A stretch of 64,000 nucleotides of DNA from Promethearchaeota archaeon (GTDB lineage: Archaea > Asgardarchaeota > Lokiarchaeia > Sigyniarchaeales > SOKP01): contig JAHPZI010000006.1 in NCBI GenBank assembly GCA_019058295.1, forward strand, positions 32,001-96,000, in the 5' to 3' direction. Every line of letters begins with the position of its first letter. Within the stretch, counting starts at the first letter, position 1. The position numbers and the translations under genes were made by a program. Shown one piece after another: positions 40,123 through 49,895 of the stretch. Under the pieces are notes generated by a model. The model was given only the letters and a program-made list of their open reading frames with translations, was not told the origin of the DNA and did no database searches.

Positions 40123-41028
40123 ATGCCTTCTGAATCCGATGATTTTAATGAAGATAAGGAAAACTGCTGTGATTCTCCTAAAATTAGCGAAGAGGATGGT
40201 TTTTATGTATGTTTAAACTGTGGATCTGTATTCTCTAGAATTCTCGATTCATCACCCAGAAGGGCATTTACAGCGGAAGAGATTCAAAAAAGAAAAAGTA
40301 CCGAACGTGTTTATAGCCCTATCGGCCCTCGTACAATTATTCGCGGTAGTCGTGATGCTCGAGGTACTTTGTTAAGCCCAAAATTTAAATCAAAATTTAA
40401 TAGATTAGCTAAAATCCATAGATCCTTAACAACCAGTTATGAAAGAAATTTATGGATAGCTTTACCAAATTTACAGCGTTTACAAAAAAGATTAGGTATT
40501 CCTGATATAGTTGCTGAGGATGCACTTCGAATATATACCCAAACCGTTAAAAAAAAGTTAACGATGGGACGAAGTATTGATACATTATTATCTGCATCTA
40601 TATTTTGTGCCTTAAGAATTCATGGTATTCCCAGAACTATAGAGGAAATAACTAAGATTGCTCAGATACCAAAGAAGAAAGTTATAAAAAGTTATAGATT
40701 AATTTTGATGGAGATTTTACCTCATTTAAATTTAAAAGTACAACATTTCACCTCAGACCGTTATGTAGATAAGTTTAATGATGAATTGGGATTGTCAATG
40801 CAAGTTAGAAATATTGCAGTTAAATTAATTAAAAGTGCGAAAGAAAATGGTTTTAACACTGCTGGTAAAGATCCAAAAGGAATTGCTGCTGCCGCTATCT
40901 ATCTCGGTTCTAAGATAGCAAATGAAAATCGCACTCAGAAAGAAATATCAAAACTCGCGATGGTTACAGAAGTAACACTTCGCATGAGAGTTAAGGACCT
41001 CCAAAAATACGCTAATATTATTCTATAA
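40123..41028 (+). CDS. tfb: Transcription initiation factor TFB (TFIIB family)
   Basis: CCD...VCLNCG Zn ribbon, RAFT.EE, ERNL, GRSI, AGKDPKGIAAAAIY, RTQKEI, VTEVTLR. Confidence 0.93.
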   Translation: MPSESDDFNEDKENCCDSPKISEEDGFYVCLNCGSVFSRILDSSPRRAFTAEEIQKRKSTERVYSPIGPRTIIRGSRDARGTLLSPKFKSKFNRLAKIHRSLTTSYERNLWIALPNLQRLQKRLGIPDIVAEDALRIYTQTVKKKLTMGRSIDTLLSASIFCALRIHGIPRTIEEITKIAQIPKKKVIKSYRLILMEILPHLNLKVQHFTSDRYVDKFNDELGLSMQVRNIAVKLIKSAKENGFNTAGKDPKGIAAAAIYLGSKIANENRTQKEISKLAMVTEVTLRMRVKDLQKYANIIL

Positions 41029-44000
41029 TATTGATTAATTCTTTTTCTTCCTCAAATAAAGGCAAAATATTTAATAGGTTTTCAATGTTAGAATTATATT
41101 GTTTCATATCGTAGATTTTTACATCAATAATGAATTTCATCAAAGTAAAATAGAACGTATCTTTAAGAATTTTTTCGCTCAATCCCATATTTTCAAAAAA
41201 TTTATTAAATTCAATTTTTATTTGCTTAGGAGATTTAATTTTTAATAAAGATAAACCATACAAAAAAAGTAGCATTGCACTGGTCTCATAATTCTTTCTT
41301 TTCAAAAAATTATTAGATAACTCTAAATATTTATTTGCTGCTTCCTTGAATTTTTTGTTTTTTACTAATAATAAAACCTCATCATAATATCGTTTTTTCA
41401 TTGCTTTTCTTTTAGTAAAAAAATCTTTAATATCCCTTTTTATATCACCTACTTTTTGTTGAAGACTACTATTAATACCGTCTAACTCAATTTTTATATG
41501 TTTAGGCTTTTTTATGAGAGTTGTGTCTTCAATTTTATCCTTTATTATTTCCTCTCCTAAAAGGGTTCTTAGAAAAGTGATTTCTGGTTCAAAAAGAATT
41601 AATTTATCAATGAGATGATTGATGCTTATTTGGATTAAATCTTGTAGATCTTCTTGATATGCAATGAAGATATATTTCATGAATTGAATTTCTGGTAACG
41701 TTTCTTCTATAATATTAAAATTTAAAACCTCTTTTGTATGATCTACAAAAATCGATTTCGCAAATTGAACATTCGTATCATAAATCTGAATTAAGGTTCC
41801 TAAAATTAAACTTACGGCTGCATATTTAAGAAGTTTTTTATCAGCGAGCTTTTGAAATGCGCTTAAATAAATTAAGGATGCTTCTTGTAAATTATTATTA
41901 ATTAATTCTTTGATAGCTTTATCCCAATAATCTCGTTTCATCATTTTTCTTTTAGCAATATCTTGGGTTTTTTTTTCAATGTTTTTTGCTATTTGATTAA
42001 TTTCTCTTCTAAGCTTTGCTATTTCCTCAGGAGGTAATTTAGTTTTTTCAGTTTTCTCTTCTTTTTCAATTTTTTTACCCAAATAATCATAAAGTACCAA
42101 AATTTCTTCTTCAAACATCGGTAAAAATTCTAAATAAGACATAGCTTTTTTTAATTTTGGTTCATCTTCGATTTTTTTCAGATCTATAACATATTCTATA
42201 AGAGTGACTGGGAATGTCTCGAATAACAAATTTCCTACTCTGGAAAATTCTTCTTTTATATCTTTCATTAAATTTATTAATTCATCTATTCTATCATCTT
42301 TTATTAACAATAGAGACGCTACAGCTAAGGATACTCCAGCTAAATTATATTTTTTAATTTTATTCAATTTAATTACACTCTCCTTATAAGAAATAATAGC
42401 GTTATCAAATTCTTGATTTTTTATGAATTCCAAAGCATTCTTAAAATAAGTTCGTTTCATACCACTTCTTTGTTTCATTTCATTTTCTTGATCCTGCTTT
42501 GCATCCCTTCCTTTTTTCATTATAATCGAAAGCTTTTCTTTTAATATTTCGGTCTTAACTGATTCTTTAGCTTTCTTGGTTTTTATTGCTGCTTTGCTAG
42601 TCTCTACTTTAGCTAATTTCTTGTGGATTTCATTTTTAAATGTTTTATTTTCAATTTTATCTGAAAATGTTTGGGCAGATGAAAAATCTTCTAAAGTAAT
42701 ATAGATTTCAGCAATTTTCTTATAGATTTTATCAAAATTAACTTTAAATTTTTCAACGTCTAAATAAGCTGCTGCAATTATATGAATTTTTTTTCTTAAT
42801 TCATTTGATTTTTCGATTCCTGATAAATTATTTTCAATTTCTACAATTTTTAGGGCTTCCTTTTTGATTTGTTTTATAAATAATTTATTTATTTCTCTGG
42901 ATTTTTCATACAATTGTTGACTTCTAAAGATTTTATTTGATTTTTCAAAAATTTTTTCTTTATTAGTGAAATCCTTTTCTGATGGCAATTTTTTCAATTT
43001 TTCAATGAAGAGTGTATAGATTCTTATTAAGTAATTTTTCTTAGTTTCATCTTTTAAATCTGAGTAGAACTCAAAGAAATTATCAAATAAATTACCTTCA
43101 ATTAAAATGTCCAAAGATTTTATCAAAATCTGATTTCCTGCTTCTTCTTTACCTATATCTTTGAGAAAAATAGAATGATTTTTTATTATTTGAGCAGCTT
43201 TAAGAAAATCATCTTTCTTAATATATTCATTAGACTCTTCTATTTTTTGAGAATTCATCTCAACAATAATATTTTCTTCAGCATCATAAAAATCTTGTAT
43301 AATATCAACCCCTTGTTGGACATATTCATTTATTTCTTTCTTTTTTAGTTTTTTATTCTTCTCTTCAATTTTTACACTAAATTCAGTTAATTCCTTCTTT
43401 AATTCCAAAGAATTTAATTTATTGATTAAAATAGTAGCCATCCCAAAATTCAATTCTTCTAAGAGTAATTTAATTAATTTTTCCAATTTGTTATCAATAT
43501 CTACTTTTTCTAACTCATAAGTCTCCCAAATATTTTCAATCTCATCGTGTACCTCTTTAGCAGCATATAAATCCTTTTCGTTGACTTTTTGTTCTAGTAA
43601 CTTTATTAATATCTCAATTACCTTTTCTTCAAATATTTTTAAGTCTTCATATAGCCCTTCTCGTTGATATTCATTTATACTGTAATATAATTGATCCCTT
43701 GCAGATTCTAGCTCTCCATTTGAAGATAAATATTCAGCAGCGTCAACAATTTTTTCAGAAACTTCACTTAAAATACCACTAGTTTCTTCGTGAGGTAACC
43801 TTTCAAGAATACTAAATGCGTTTTCAACTTTACAGGCTGAGATAAAAGAATTTATAGATAATTTAAAACAATCATTAACTAATTTTTTATCTTCTAGCTC
43901 AATTGATGCCCATTGAGCAGCGCTTTCATATTGTGAAGCGGCTAATTCGTAATCTCCATTATTAAATAGTTTATTTCCTTCTGTAATCATCGCTCTGTGA

Positions 44001-44743
44001 TATAATTTCTTAAAATCTATCGCTTTTCTTTTATCAAATTTATTAAAAATTTCTGAAGCTTCTAAAAAAAGGTTGATCTTTGAAAAAGTAAAGGCAGCTT
44101 GTTCATAATGAATCATGAATTCGCTATTATTGTAAATTTCTGAAATTATTGCTGCCTTTTTCATAGCCCGAGCAGCATAATAATAATTTTGTTCTTTAAA
44201 ATATTCATTCGCTAATTCTATAAATATAGGAAATCTCAACCAAGCATTTTCAATATTTAATGGAGTTTCTGCAGCAATCATCGCCAATGATAGGCATTCA
44301 AGCGCTTGATGAAATTTTTTTGGTGAAAGATTTATAAATACTTCAAGATCAGGGTAATTTAACCACATGCTTTCCAAAACATCGTTAGTAATAAGAGGAA
44401 GGAGACCATTTTTATCATAAAAAATAACTACTATAGGTATATTCCTTTTAACTGAATTTATAATAGGTAGACTCATTTCAAAAAACTCAAATTCCTCAAT
44501 TTTAAGAGGATTAATAAGAAATAGAATTCCATCAACAGTAGGAATAACTTCATCGTAATCTGCAGAAATAATATCCGTTAAAACGTCCACTTCCAAATCG
44601 CAAATATCTTCTAACGCATTAATTTCTTTATAAAATTCATAATAAGCATGCTTCTCCTCACCTACATCCTGAAATGATCTCACTATATATTCATATGTCG
44701 ATTCTGGTTCCCCCATTATTAAAACTTTAAATACATATCGCAT
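41018..44743 (-). CDS. 1241-aa protein: degenerate Rab-fold domain + TPR/alpha-solenoid + three ~175-aa C-terminal repeats
   Basis: YVFKVLIMGE, VDGILFLIN, IPIVVIF without a P-loop; TPR-like A..YE.AA helices; repeated KR..MKR.Y...LP.FEEE units. Confidence 0.7.
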   Translation of the reverse strand: MRYVFKVLIMGEPESTYEYIVRSFQDVGEEKHAYYEFYKEINALEDICDLEVDVLTDIISADYDEVIPTVDGILFLINPLKIEEFEFFEMSLPIINSVKRNIPIVVIFYDKNGLLPLITNDVLESMWLNYPDLEVFINLSPKKFHQALECLSLAMIAAETPLNIENAWLRFPIFIELANEYFKEQNYYYAARAMKKAAIISEIYNNSEFMIHYEQAAFTFSKINLFLEASEIFNKFDKRKAIDFKKLYHRAMITEGNKLFNNGDYELAASQYESAAQWASIELEDKKLVNDCFKLSINSFISACKVENAFSILERLPHEETSGILSEVSEKIVDAAEYLSSNGELESARDQLYYSINEYQREGLYEDLKIFEEKVIEILIKLLEQKVNEKDLYAAKEVHDEIENIWETYELEKVDIDNKLEKLIKLLLEELNFGMATILINKLNSLELKKELTEFSVKIEEKNKKLKKKEINEYVQQGVDIIQDFYDAEENIIVEMNSQKIEESNEYIKKDDFLKAAQIIKNHSIFLKDIGKEEAGNQILIKSLDILIEGNLFDNFFEFYSDLKDETKKNYLIRIYTLFIEKLKKLPSEKDFTNKEKIFEKSNKIFRSQQLYEKSREINKLFIKQIKKEALKIVEIENNLSGIEKSNELRKKIHIIAAAYLDVEKFKVNFDKIYKKIAEIYITLEDFSSAQTFSDKIENKTFKNEIHKKLAKVETSKAAIKTKKAKESVKTEILKEKLSIIMKKGRDAKQDQENEMKQRSGMKRTYFKNALEFIKNQEFDNAIISYKESVIKLNKIKKYNLAGVSLAVASLLLIKDDRIDELINLMKDIKEEFSRVGNLLFETFPVTLIEYVIDLKKIEDEPKLKKAMSYLEFLPMFEEEILVLYDYLGKKIEKEEKTEKTKLPPEEIAKLRREINQIAKNIEKKTQDIAKRKMMKRDYWDKAIKELINNNLQEASLIYLSAFQKLADKKLLKYAAVSLILGTLIQIYDTNVQFAKSIFVDHTKEVLNFNIIEETLPEIQFMKYIFIAYQEDLQDLIQISINHLIDKLILFEPEITFLRTLLGEEIIKDKIEDTTLIKKPKHIKIELDGINSSLQQKVGDIKRDIKDFFTKRKAMKKRYYDEVLLLVKNKKFKEAANKYLELSNNFLKRKNYETSAMLLFLYGLSLLKIKSPKQIKIEFNKFFENMGLSEKILKDTFYFTLMKFIIDVKIYDMKQYNSNIENLLNILPLFEEEKELINIIE

Positions 44744-44783
44744 TTTATCGTCGTATAAAATCTTTAAAATTATGAGTTTTATG

Positions 44784-44801
44784 AAATCATTTAAATGATT
44801 T
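44784..44801. promoter_or_regulatory. Perfect 18-bp palindrome AAATCATTTAAATGATTT in divergent intergenic region (candidate operator)
   Basis: Self-reverse-complementary; flanked by further inverted arms ttttatga / tcataaaa (44777-44814). Confidence 0.45.
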
Positions 44802-44893
44802 TCTCTTCATAAAATAAATTAATTCATTTAGCTTAATAAATTATTTAAATTAATTGATTGAAAAAGTAAAATCTAACAAACAATAAAATTTTA

Positions 44894-45556
44894 ATGATAA
44901 CATTGCTCGTCGAAAGGAATTATCGAATTGTAGAAGCGAAAATGATCGCCCAGATGGAAGAGGCCCTAGAATATGGGAAAAAATTGATTGATTCAGAATT
45001 GGATGCTGGGATTTTTGATTTTATTGTGAAACCTATAGTTAAAACCTTCTATAAATATTGGAGCGACAATGATGCCCGCGAAGGCACCTTACAACAAATA
45101 AAAGTAACTTTAGATTGTGCAAAGTTAATCCTAAATAATGGTATAGAAAATGAAGAATTTGAAAAAACGATTGAAGAAAATTTTCCAATTTATCTTAAAG
45201 GTGATCAAACCTATCGACAATGTAAAATGAAACATAAAAGTTTTAATAAATTAAAAGAAATTACAAGAGACTGTTTTATATCCCAAGTCAATGAAGCCGT
45301 ATTGTTTTTGAATGTGAAAGAAGATATTACGACTTATGATGATATAGTTAGGATTGTTTTTAAGACAAAAGAAAATGCTCTAAAATCTTTAATGCAACAA
45401 CTAGATTTTAATGAGGCTGGAATCAATGTCATTGAAAAAAATCCTTCAATTTTAAAGATTCCAACTGGCAAAAACATTCTTTTAAAATGCCTAAGAAAAG
45501 GTTTTGAGCACACAAAAACATTATTAATTGAGAGACTTGACAATATTTTCAATTAA
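44894..45556 (+). CDS. Hypothetical all-helical protein
   Basis: 220-aa ORF filling the gap; no recognisable motif. Confidence 0.75.
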   Translation: MITLLVERNYRIVEAKMIAQMEEALEYGKKLIDSELDAGIFDFIVKPIVKTFYKYWSDNDAREGTLQQIKVTLDCAKLILNNGIENEEFEKTIEENFPIYLKGDQTYRQCKMKHKSFNKLKEITRDCFISQVNEAVLFLNVKEDITTYDDIVRIVFKTKENALKSLMQQLDFNEAGINVIEKNPSILKIPTGKNILLKCLRKGFEHTKTLLIERLDNIFN

Positions 45557-45583
45557 AAAACAACTTTTTGCGTTGTTATATAT

Positions 45584-46672
45584 ATGGAAGAAAATAGTGA
45601 TGATATTGCCTTAGTAAAAAACACTAAAAATGAGCATAATAATCCTTTAAGAATTATTTTTTTAAATTTGTTTATTAGCGTATTTATAATAATGTGTTAC
45701 TTCTATTTAGCAGAATTTTTCGGTTCAATATCTACGATTTTTGTAGAAAATTCTGAATTGATAATATCATTCGGGATCACTTTGTTATTATTCACGTTTT
45801 TTTCCACATTAGCAGGTAAATATCATGGCTTTATTGCGGGTTTTATAGGAGAATTACTTTACCAATTGGCCTATTACGATGTGATTTATATTCATTGGTG
45901 TTTGATAGTTTCAATATGGGGATTATTAAATGGTATATGGAAATATAAACCATTAAGATATCATAATTTAAAGAATTTAGGCTATTCAGTAGTAATATTA
46001 TTTCTTTCTTCTCTCTTTACGATGTTTCTTATAATAATATTTCAAAAAATTTTGTATTTTAGGCATTTTCAATCAACTATAATAAATTACGGATTAAAAT
46101 TTCTTATTAATGCAGTTATAGTAATTGTAATGGTTCCACTCCTTCTTTTTCTCTATGATAAAACTCTTGCTACAGATGAACAACACCTCTATTATTTGTT
46201 ATTAACTCATCATACTGTCTCTCAGAGTGATCACACATTTGTTTTAAAATTTGGCAGAACTTATATTTATTTTTGTTCGAGATGTTCAGGGGTAATACTT
46301 GGAGGATTGATTGCATTCTTTTTTACACATTTATTTGAAAGGATATATCATACCGAAATAAATCCCATAACTGCTGTGTTTTTATGTGTTATTTTGCCAA
46401 TACCAGGATTAATTGATTGGGGAACTCAGAGGTTAACATTAAGAAAAAGTACGACTGAATCAAGATTGTTTACCGGATTCGTTATTGGCAGTGCAATACA
46501 TTTGATGTCTTTTACGAGAGAATATTATTTCATAACGATTTTTTTGGTTATTTTCTATTTCAGCATTGTAGGTATATTAATATTTTTGGGGGAACGCCGC
46601 GGTTATGGCCTCGAATATTTAGAAATAGAGGAAGAAGAAAAATTCGATGAACAGGATAATCTAACAGAATAA
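45584..46672 (+). CDS. Membrane protein: ECF S-component-like N-terminus fused to DUF2085-like domain
   Basis: GKYHGFIAGFIGELL (S-component-like); HH...HT...FCSRCSG, P.LIDWGTQ, R.FTGF (DUF2085-like). Confidence 0.7.
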   Translation: MEENSDDIALVKNTKNEHNNPLRIIFLNLFISVFIIMCYFYLAEFFGSISTIFVENSELIISFGITLLLFTFFSTLAGKYHGFIAGFIGELLYQLAYYDVIYIHWCLIVSIWGLLNGIWKYKPLRYHNLKNLGYSVVILFLSSLFTMFLIIIFQKILYFRHFQSTIINYGLKFLINAVIVIVMVPLLLFLYDKTLATDEQHLYYLLLTHHTVSQSDHTFVLKFGRTYIYFCSRCSGVILGGLIAFFFTHLFERIYHTEINPITAVFLCVILPIPGLIDWGTQRLTLRKSTTESRLFTGFVIGSAIHLMSFTREYYFITIFLVIFYFSIVGILIFLGERRGYGLEYLEIEEEEKFDEQDNLTE

Positions 46673-46705
46673 AATTTAGTTAAGAAAAAATTTATTAAAA
46701 AAAAT

Positions 46706-47212
46706 ATGCCAAATATTATTTTTATTCATGGTTTAGAGAGTTCAGGTCAAGGCTTTAAAGGTCAACTATTCAAAAAAGTATTACCGGGATGTATTACGCC
46801 TACTTTTGAAGAATTTACAGATAAAATTACTTATAATAAATTATTAGAAATTCGAATGGCTCAATTGAAATCAATTTTGAAAGAAAAAGATACTTGGATA
46901 ATTATAGGATCAAGCTTTGGAGGGTTGATGGGAGCACTATATACAAGTCATTTTCCAGAAAAAGTAGCCCAGCTAATACTTCTTGCACCTGCTTTAGCAG
47001 TACCAGAATTGGATCCTGCTGTAATCTCTCGCATCAATATCCCAGTTGTTATATATCACGGTAGATATGATAAAATTATCCCATTAAAGTCAGTTCGGTC
47101 TCGGGCAGAAAGAATTTTTCTTAATCTGGAATTTATTGAGGTTGATGACGATCATATGCTTCACTCCACGGTAACTCAGATTAGCTGGAAAAAATTAATT
47201 AGAGATACCTAA
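46706..47212 (+). CDS. Alpha/beta hydrolase (YqiA-like esterase)
   Basis: FIHGLESS, GSSFGG, HG.YD, DDDH. Confidence 0.9.
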   Translation: MPNIIFIHGLESSGQGFKGQLFKKVLPGCITPTFEEFTDKITYNKLLEIRMAQLKSILKEKDTWIIIGSSFGGLMGALYTSHFPEKVAQLILLAPALAVPELDPAVISRINIPVVIYHGRYDKIIPLKSVRSRAERIFLNLEFIEVDDDHMLHSTVTQISWKKLIRDT

Positions 47213-47289
47213 ACCATATAAGAAAAAAAAAATAAATATTATTCAGTTCGTCTTAAATTGTAAAATCATTATTATTATCGCTTTAAAAG

Positions 47290-48261
47290 ATGTCAGAAGA
47301 AAAGAGGAAAGAGAAAAAAAAAGAAGAAGAACGAAAACCATTAGAAGAAAGTCCATTTAGGCGAACTGATTTTGAACCATTAGAAAAAATAAATGATATT
47401 AAAAGAACCATAGCACCTGTAGAAATAAAACCTGTTGAAGTAGTTATAGATGAAGAATTAACAGAGATTGAAAATGATGTTCTGGAAATAGCTAAAGATA
47501 TTTTAAAATTAAAACGCTATGATGCTGAATTTGAAGTCGAATCAGAAGCTCATATTCAGAAATATCCGATTATTGAGAAATTATACGCTAAATGTATAGC
47601 TAAACTTTCTTTTAAGAAAGGATATAGTAAAGCTGATATTTTTCTGGCAATTCGAAGCTTAGAAGAAAAAAACTGGATAATAACCAATTCTAGAGTGACT
47701 AAGATGGAAATACTAGAAAATGAAAAACTTATGGGTGTATTAGACTTTATTAGAGAAAATGCAGGAATTCATGCCCGAGATAATAAAATAAAAGAGGAAC
47801 TAAAGATTACGAGAACTCCTTTTTTAAAGCATATCATGACTTTAGAAAGATTTAAGATGATAAGGTCAAAAAGAGTTGGAAAATCATTACATTATTTTCC
47901 AGCTGAAATACCAGAGGACGATAAAATAGATAAGCTTAGGATAATGCTATCGAATCCCTTAATCTTTAAAATTTTGGAAGAAATTTCAAAAGATAATACT
48001 ATATCCATATCAAAGATAGGAGACAATATAGATTATTATTCGGGAACAGTTCAGTATCATTTTAAAAAATTAAAAAAATTAGATTTATTAAAAATAAGTA
48101 AAGATAAAGAGGGTAGAAAGACTCATATAATAAACAAATCGATTATAAAAAAATATAAAAATATCTACAAAGAACCAGACTTCTCTAAAATACTTCTCTT
48201 ATACATCTCACTAATTTTTGGTCTTTTTAATATGATATTCTTTTTATCTATAATTATTTGA
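47290..48261 (+). CDS. Multi-winged-helix DNA-binding protein with hydrophobic C-terminal tail
   Basis: ILENE....LDFIRENAGIH, KH...LE.F..I.S..VGK...YF, TVQYHFKKL wHTH motifs; terminal ILLLYISLIFGLFNMIFFLSIII. Confidence 0.8.
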   Translation: MSEEKRKEKKKEEERKPLEESPFRRTDFEPLEKINDIKRTIAPVEIKPVEVVIDEELTEIENDVLEIAKDILKLKRYDAEFEVESEAHIQKYPIIEKLYAKCIAKLSFKKGYSKADIFLAIRSLEEKNWIITNSRVTKMEILENEKLMGVLDFIRENAGIHARDNKIKEELKITRTPFLKHIMTLERFKMIRSKRVGKSLHYFPAEIPEDDKIDKLRIMLSNPLIFKILEEISKDNTISISKIGDNIDYYSGTVQYHFKKLKKLDLLKISKDKEGRKTHIINKSIIKKYKNIYKEPDFSKILLLYISLIFGLFNMIFFLSIII

Positions 48262-48437
48262 TTTTTCTTTGTATCAATTAAGAACGAGTATATTGAAAAT
48301 CATTCAGGGAAATAAATACATATATTAAACATAGAGCTGCTAAAGAAATACAACAAGATATTTAAATAACCAGATTTTTATAAATTTTTAGAAGGGTTTT
48401 AATTGATATTAAATGAAATATCATTTGGAATTCTGTA

Positions 48438-49832
48438 TTATTTCGATTTATCAATTAACCCCCTCAAATTTTCTTTCTTTTTTAGAAATTCACGTATTGA
48501 ATTGAGGTCTTTGTTTATCATTCTCGCAGATCGTATATTAAATGGATTTCCTTCAAGCTTCAAGAAGAATTGTCGTAAATTTTTCAATTTCCTAATAATT
48601 CTAGGTATAGTAATGAAATCATTATGCCTTAAGTCCAATTCTTCGAGTGATTTTAAGTTTCCAATAGAATCTGGGAGTGAAGTCAATTGATTATTTCTTA
48701 AATCTAATATTCTAAGAGATTTAAGATTTCCAATAGAATTCGGAAGTGAAGTCAATTGATTATTAACTAAAAATATTTGTTGGAGCAATTTAAGGTTGCC
48801 AAATGAGTTTGGCAGTGTTTCTATCTGATTATTTTCAAGAAATAACTGTTTAAGAGATTTAAGATTTCCAAATGATTTTGGAAGGCTTTTTAATTCATTA
48901 TTTTCAGCATATAATCGTTCCAAATTTGATAAATTAAGGACTGGCTTAGGAAATTCCTTAAAGTTATTTTTACTTATATCTAATGATTGTAATGATTTTA
49001 ATTTTCCAAACGTTTTAGGGAGATCTTTTAAATGATTATCTCTTAATCTTAATACTTTTAATTTAGTTAAATTCTCTATAGATTCAGGAATAGATTTTAA
49101 TAGATTATGGCTAAAACCTAATACAAGTAGCGAATTTAACCTGAATAAAGGTTCAAGAATCTTATCTGGTAAAACTTTTAAAGAATTGCCTGCTAAAGAG
49201 AGAATTCGAAGATTTTTTAAACTGCATATATTATCGGGAAGAGTCGATATCCTATTATAATCTAAATATAATCCTTCAAGCGATTTTAAATTACAAACAG
49301 CCTTAGGGATTTGTGTAAATTTATTTTTGCTTAAATATAATTCTTTCAGTGAATTAAGGTTACTAAAAGATTCTGGAAGCGATTTAAATTGATTATTTCG
49401 TAAGATTAATTGTTGAAGCATGCTTAAATTTGCAAAAGATTCTGGTAGAGTTGTTAATTTATTTGTATCTAATTCTAATTCTTCTAGTAATTCAAAGTCT
49501 CCGAAAGTTTTTGGGAGAGCAGTTAAAGAGTTCCATCTTAAATTTAATTTTTCTAGCAATTGTAATTTACCAAATGATTCTGGGAGAATAGTCAATGAAT
49601 TATAACCTAAGTACAATTCTCTGATAGTATCTAGGTTCAAAATTTGTTTTGGAAGTTCTTTTAGACCACAACGTTCAAGCCATAAACTAACAACATTGTC
49701 ATCATCAATTTTAACTCCAAAAGAAGGTATTCCACGTTCATCAAGACAAGGAATTTTTTTACCGATTATCTTATTCAAATCGTTTAATGCTTCTGCTTGT
49801 TTGGGTTTAACGTTGTATTCTTCACTTTTCAT
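48438..49832 (-). CDS. Leucine-rich repeat protein (~15 x 23-aa repeats)
   Basis: L..L.L..N.L..LP.S.G.L repeats; LEGNP cap. Confidence 0.97.
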   Translation of the reverse strand: MKSEEYNVKPKQAEALNDLNKIIGKKIPCLDERGIPSFGVKIDDDNVVSLWLERCGLKELPKQILNLDTIRELYLGYNSLTILPESFGKLQLLEKLNLRWNSLTALPKTFGDFELLEELELDTNKLTTLPESFANLSMLQQLILRNNQFKSLPESFSNLNSLKELYLSKNKFTQIPKAVCNLKSLEGLYLDYNRISTLPDNICSLKNLRILSLAGNSLKVLPDKILEPLFRLNSLLVLGFSHNLLKSIPESIENLTKLKVLRLRDNHLKDLPKTFGKLKSLQSLDISKNNFKEFPKPVLNLSNLERLYAENNELKSLPKSFGNLKSLKQLFLENNQIETLPNSFGNLKLLQQIFLVNNQLTSLPNSIGNLKSLRILDLRNNQLTSLPDSIGNLKSLEELDLRHNDFITIPRIIRKLKNLRQFFLKLEGNPFNIRSARMINKDLNSIREFLKKKENLRGLIDKSK

Positions 49833-49895
49833 ACTATTATTCTTTTTCCTTTTTTAGCTGATTAAATTATCCTTTATAATATATAAATTATTATC

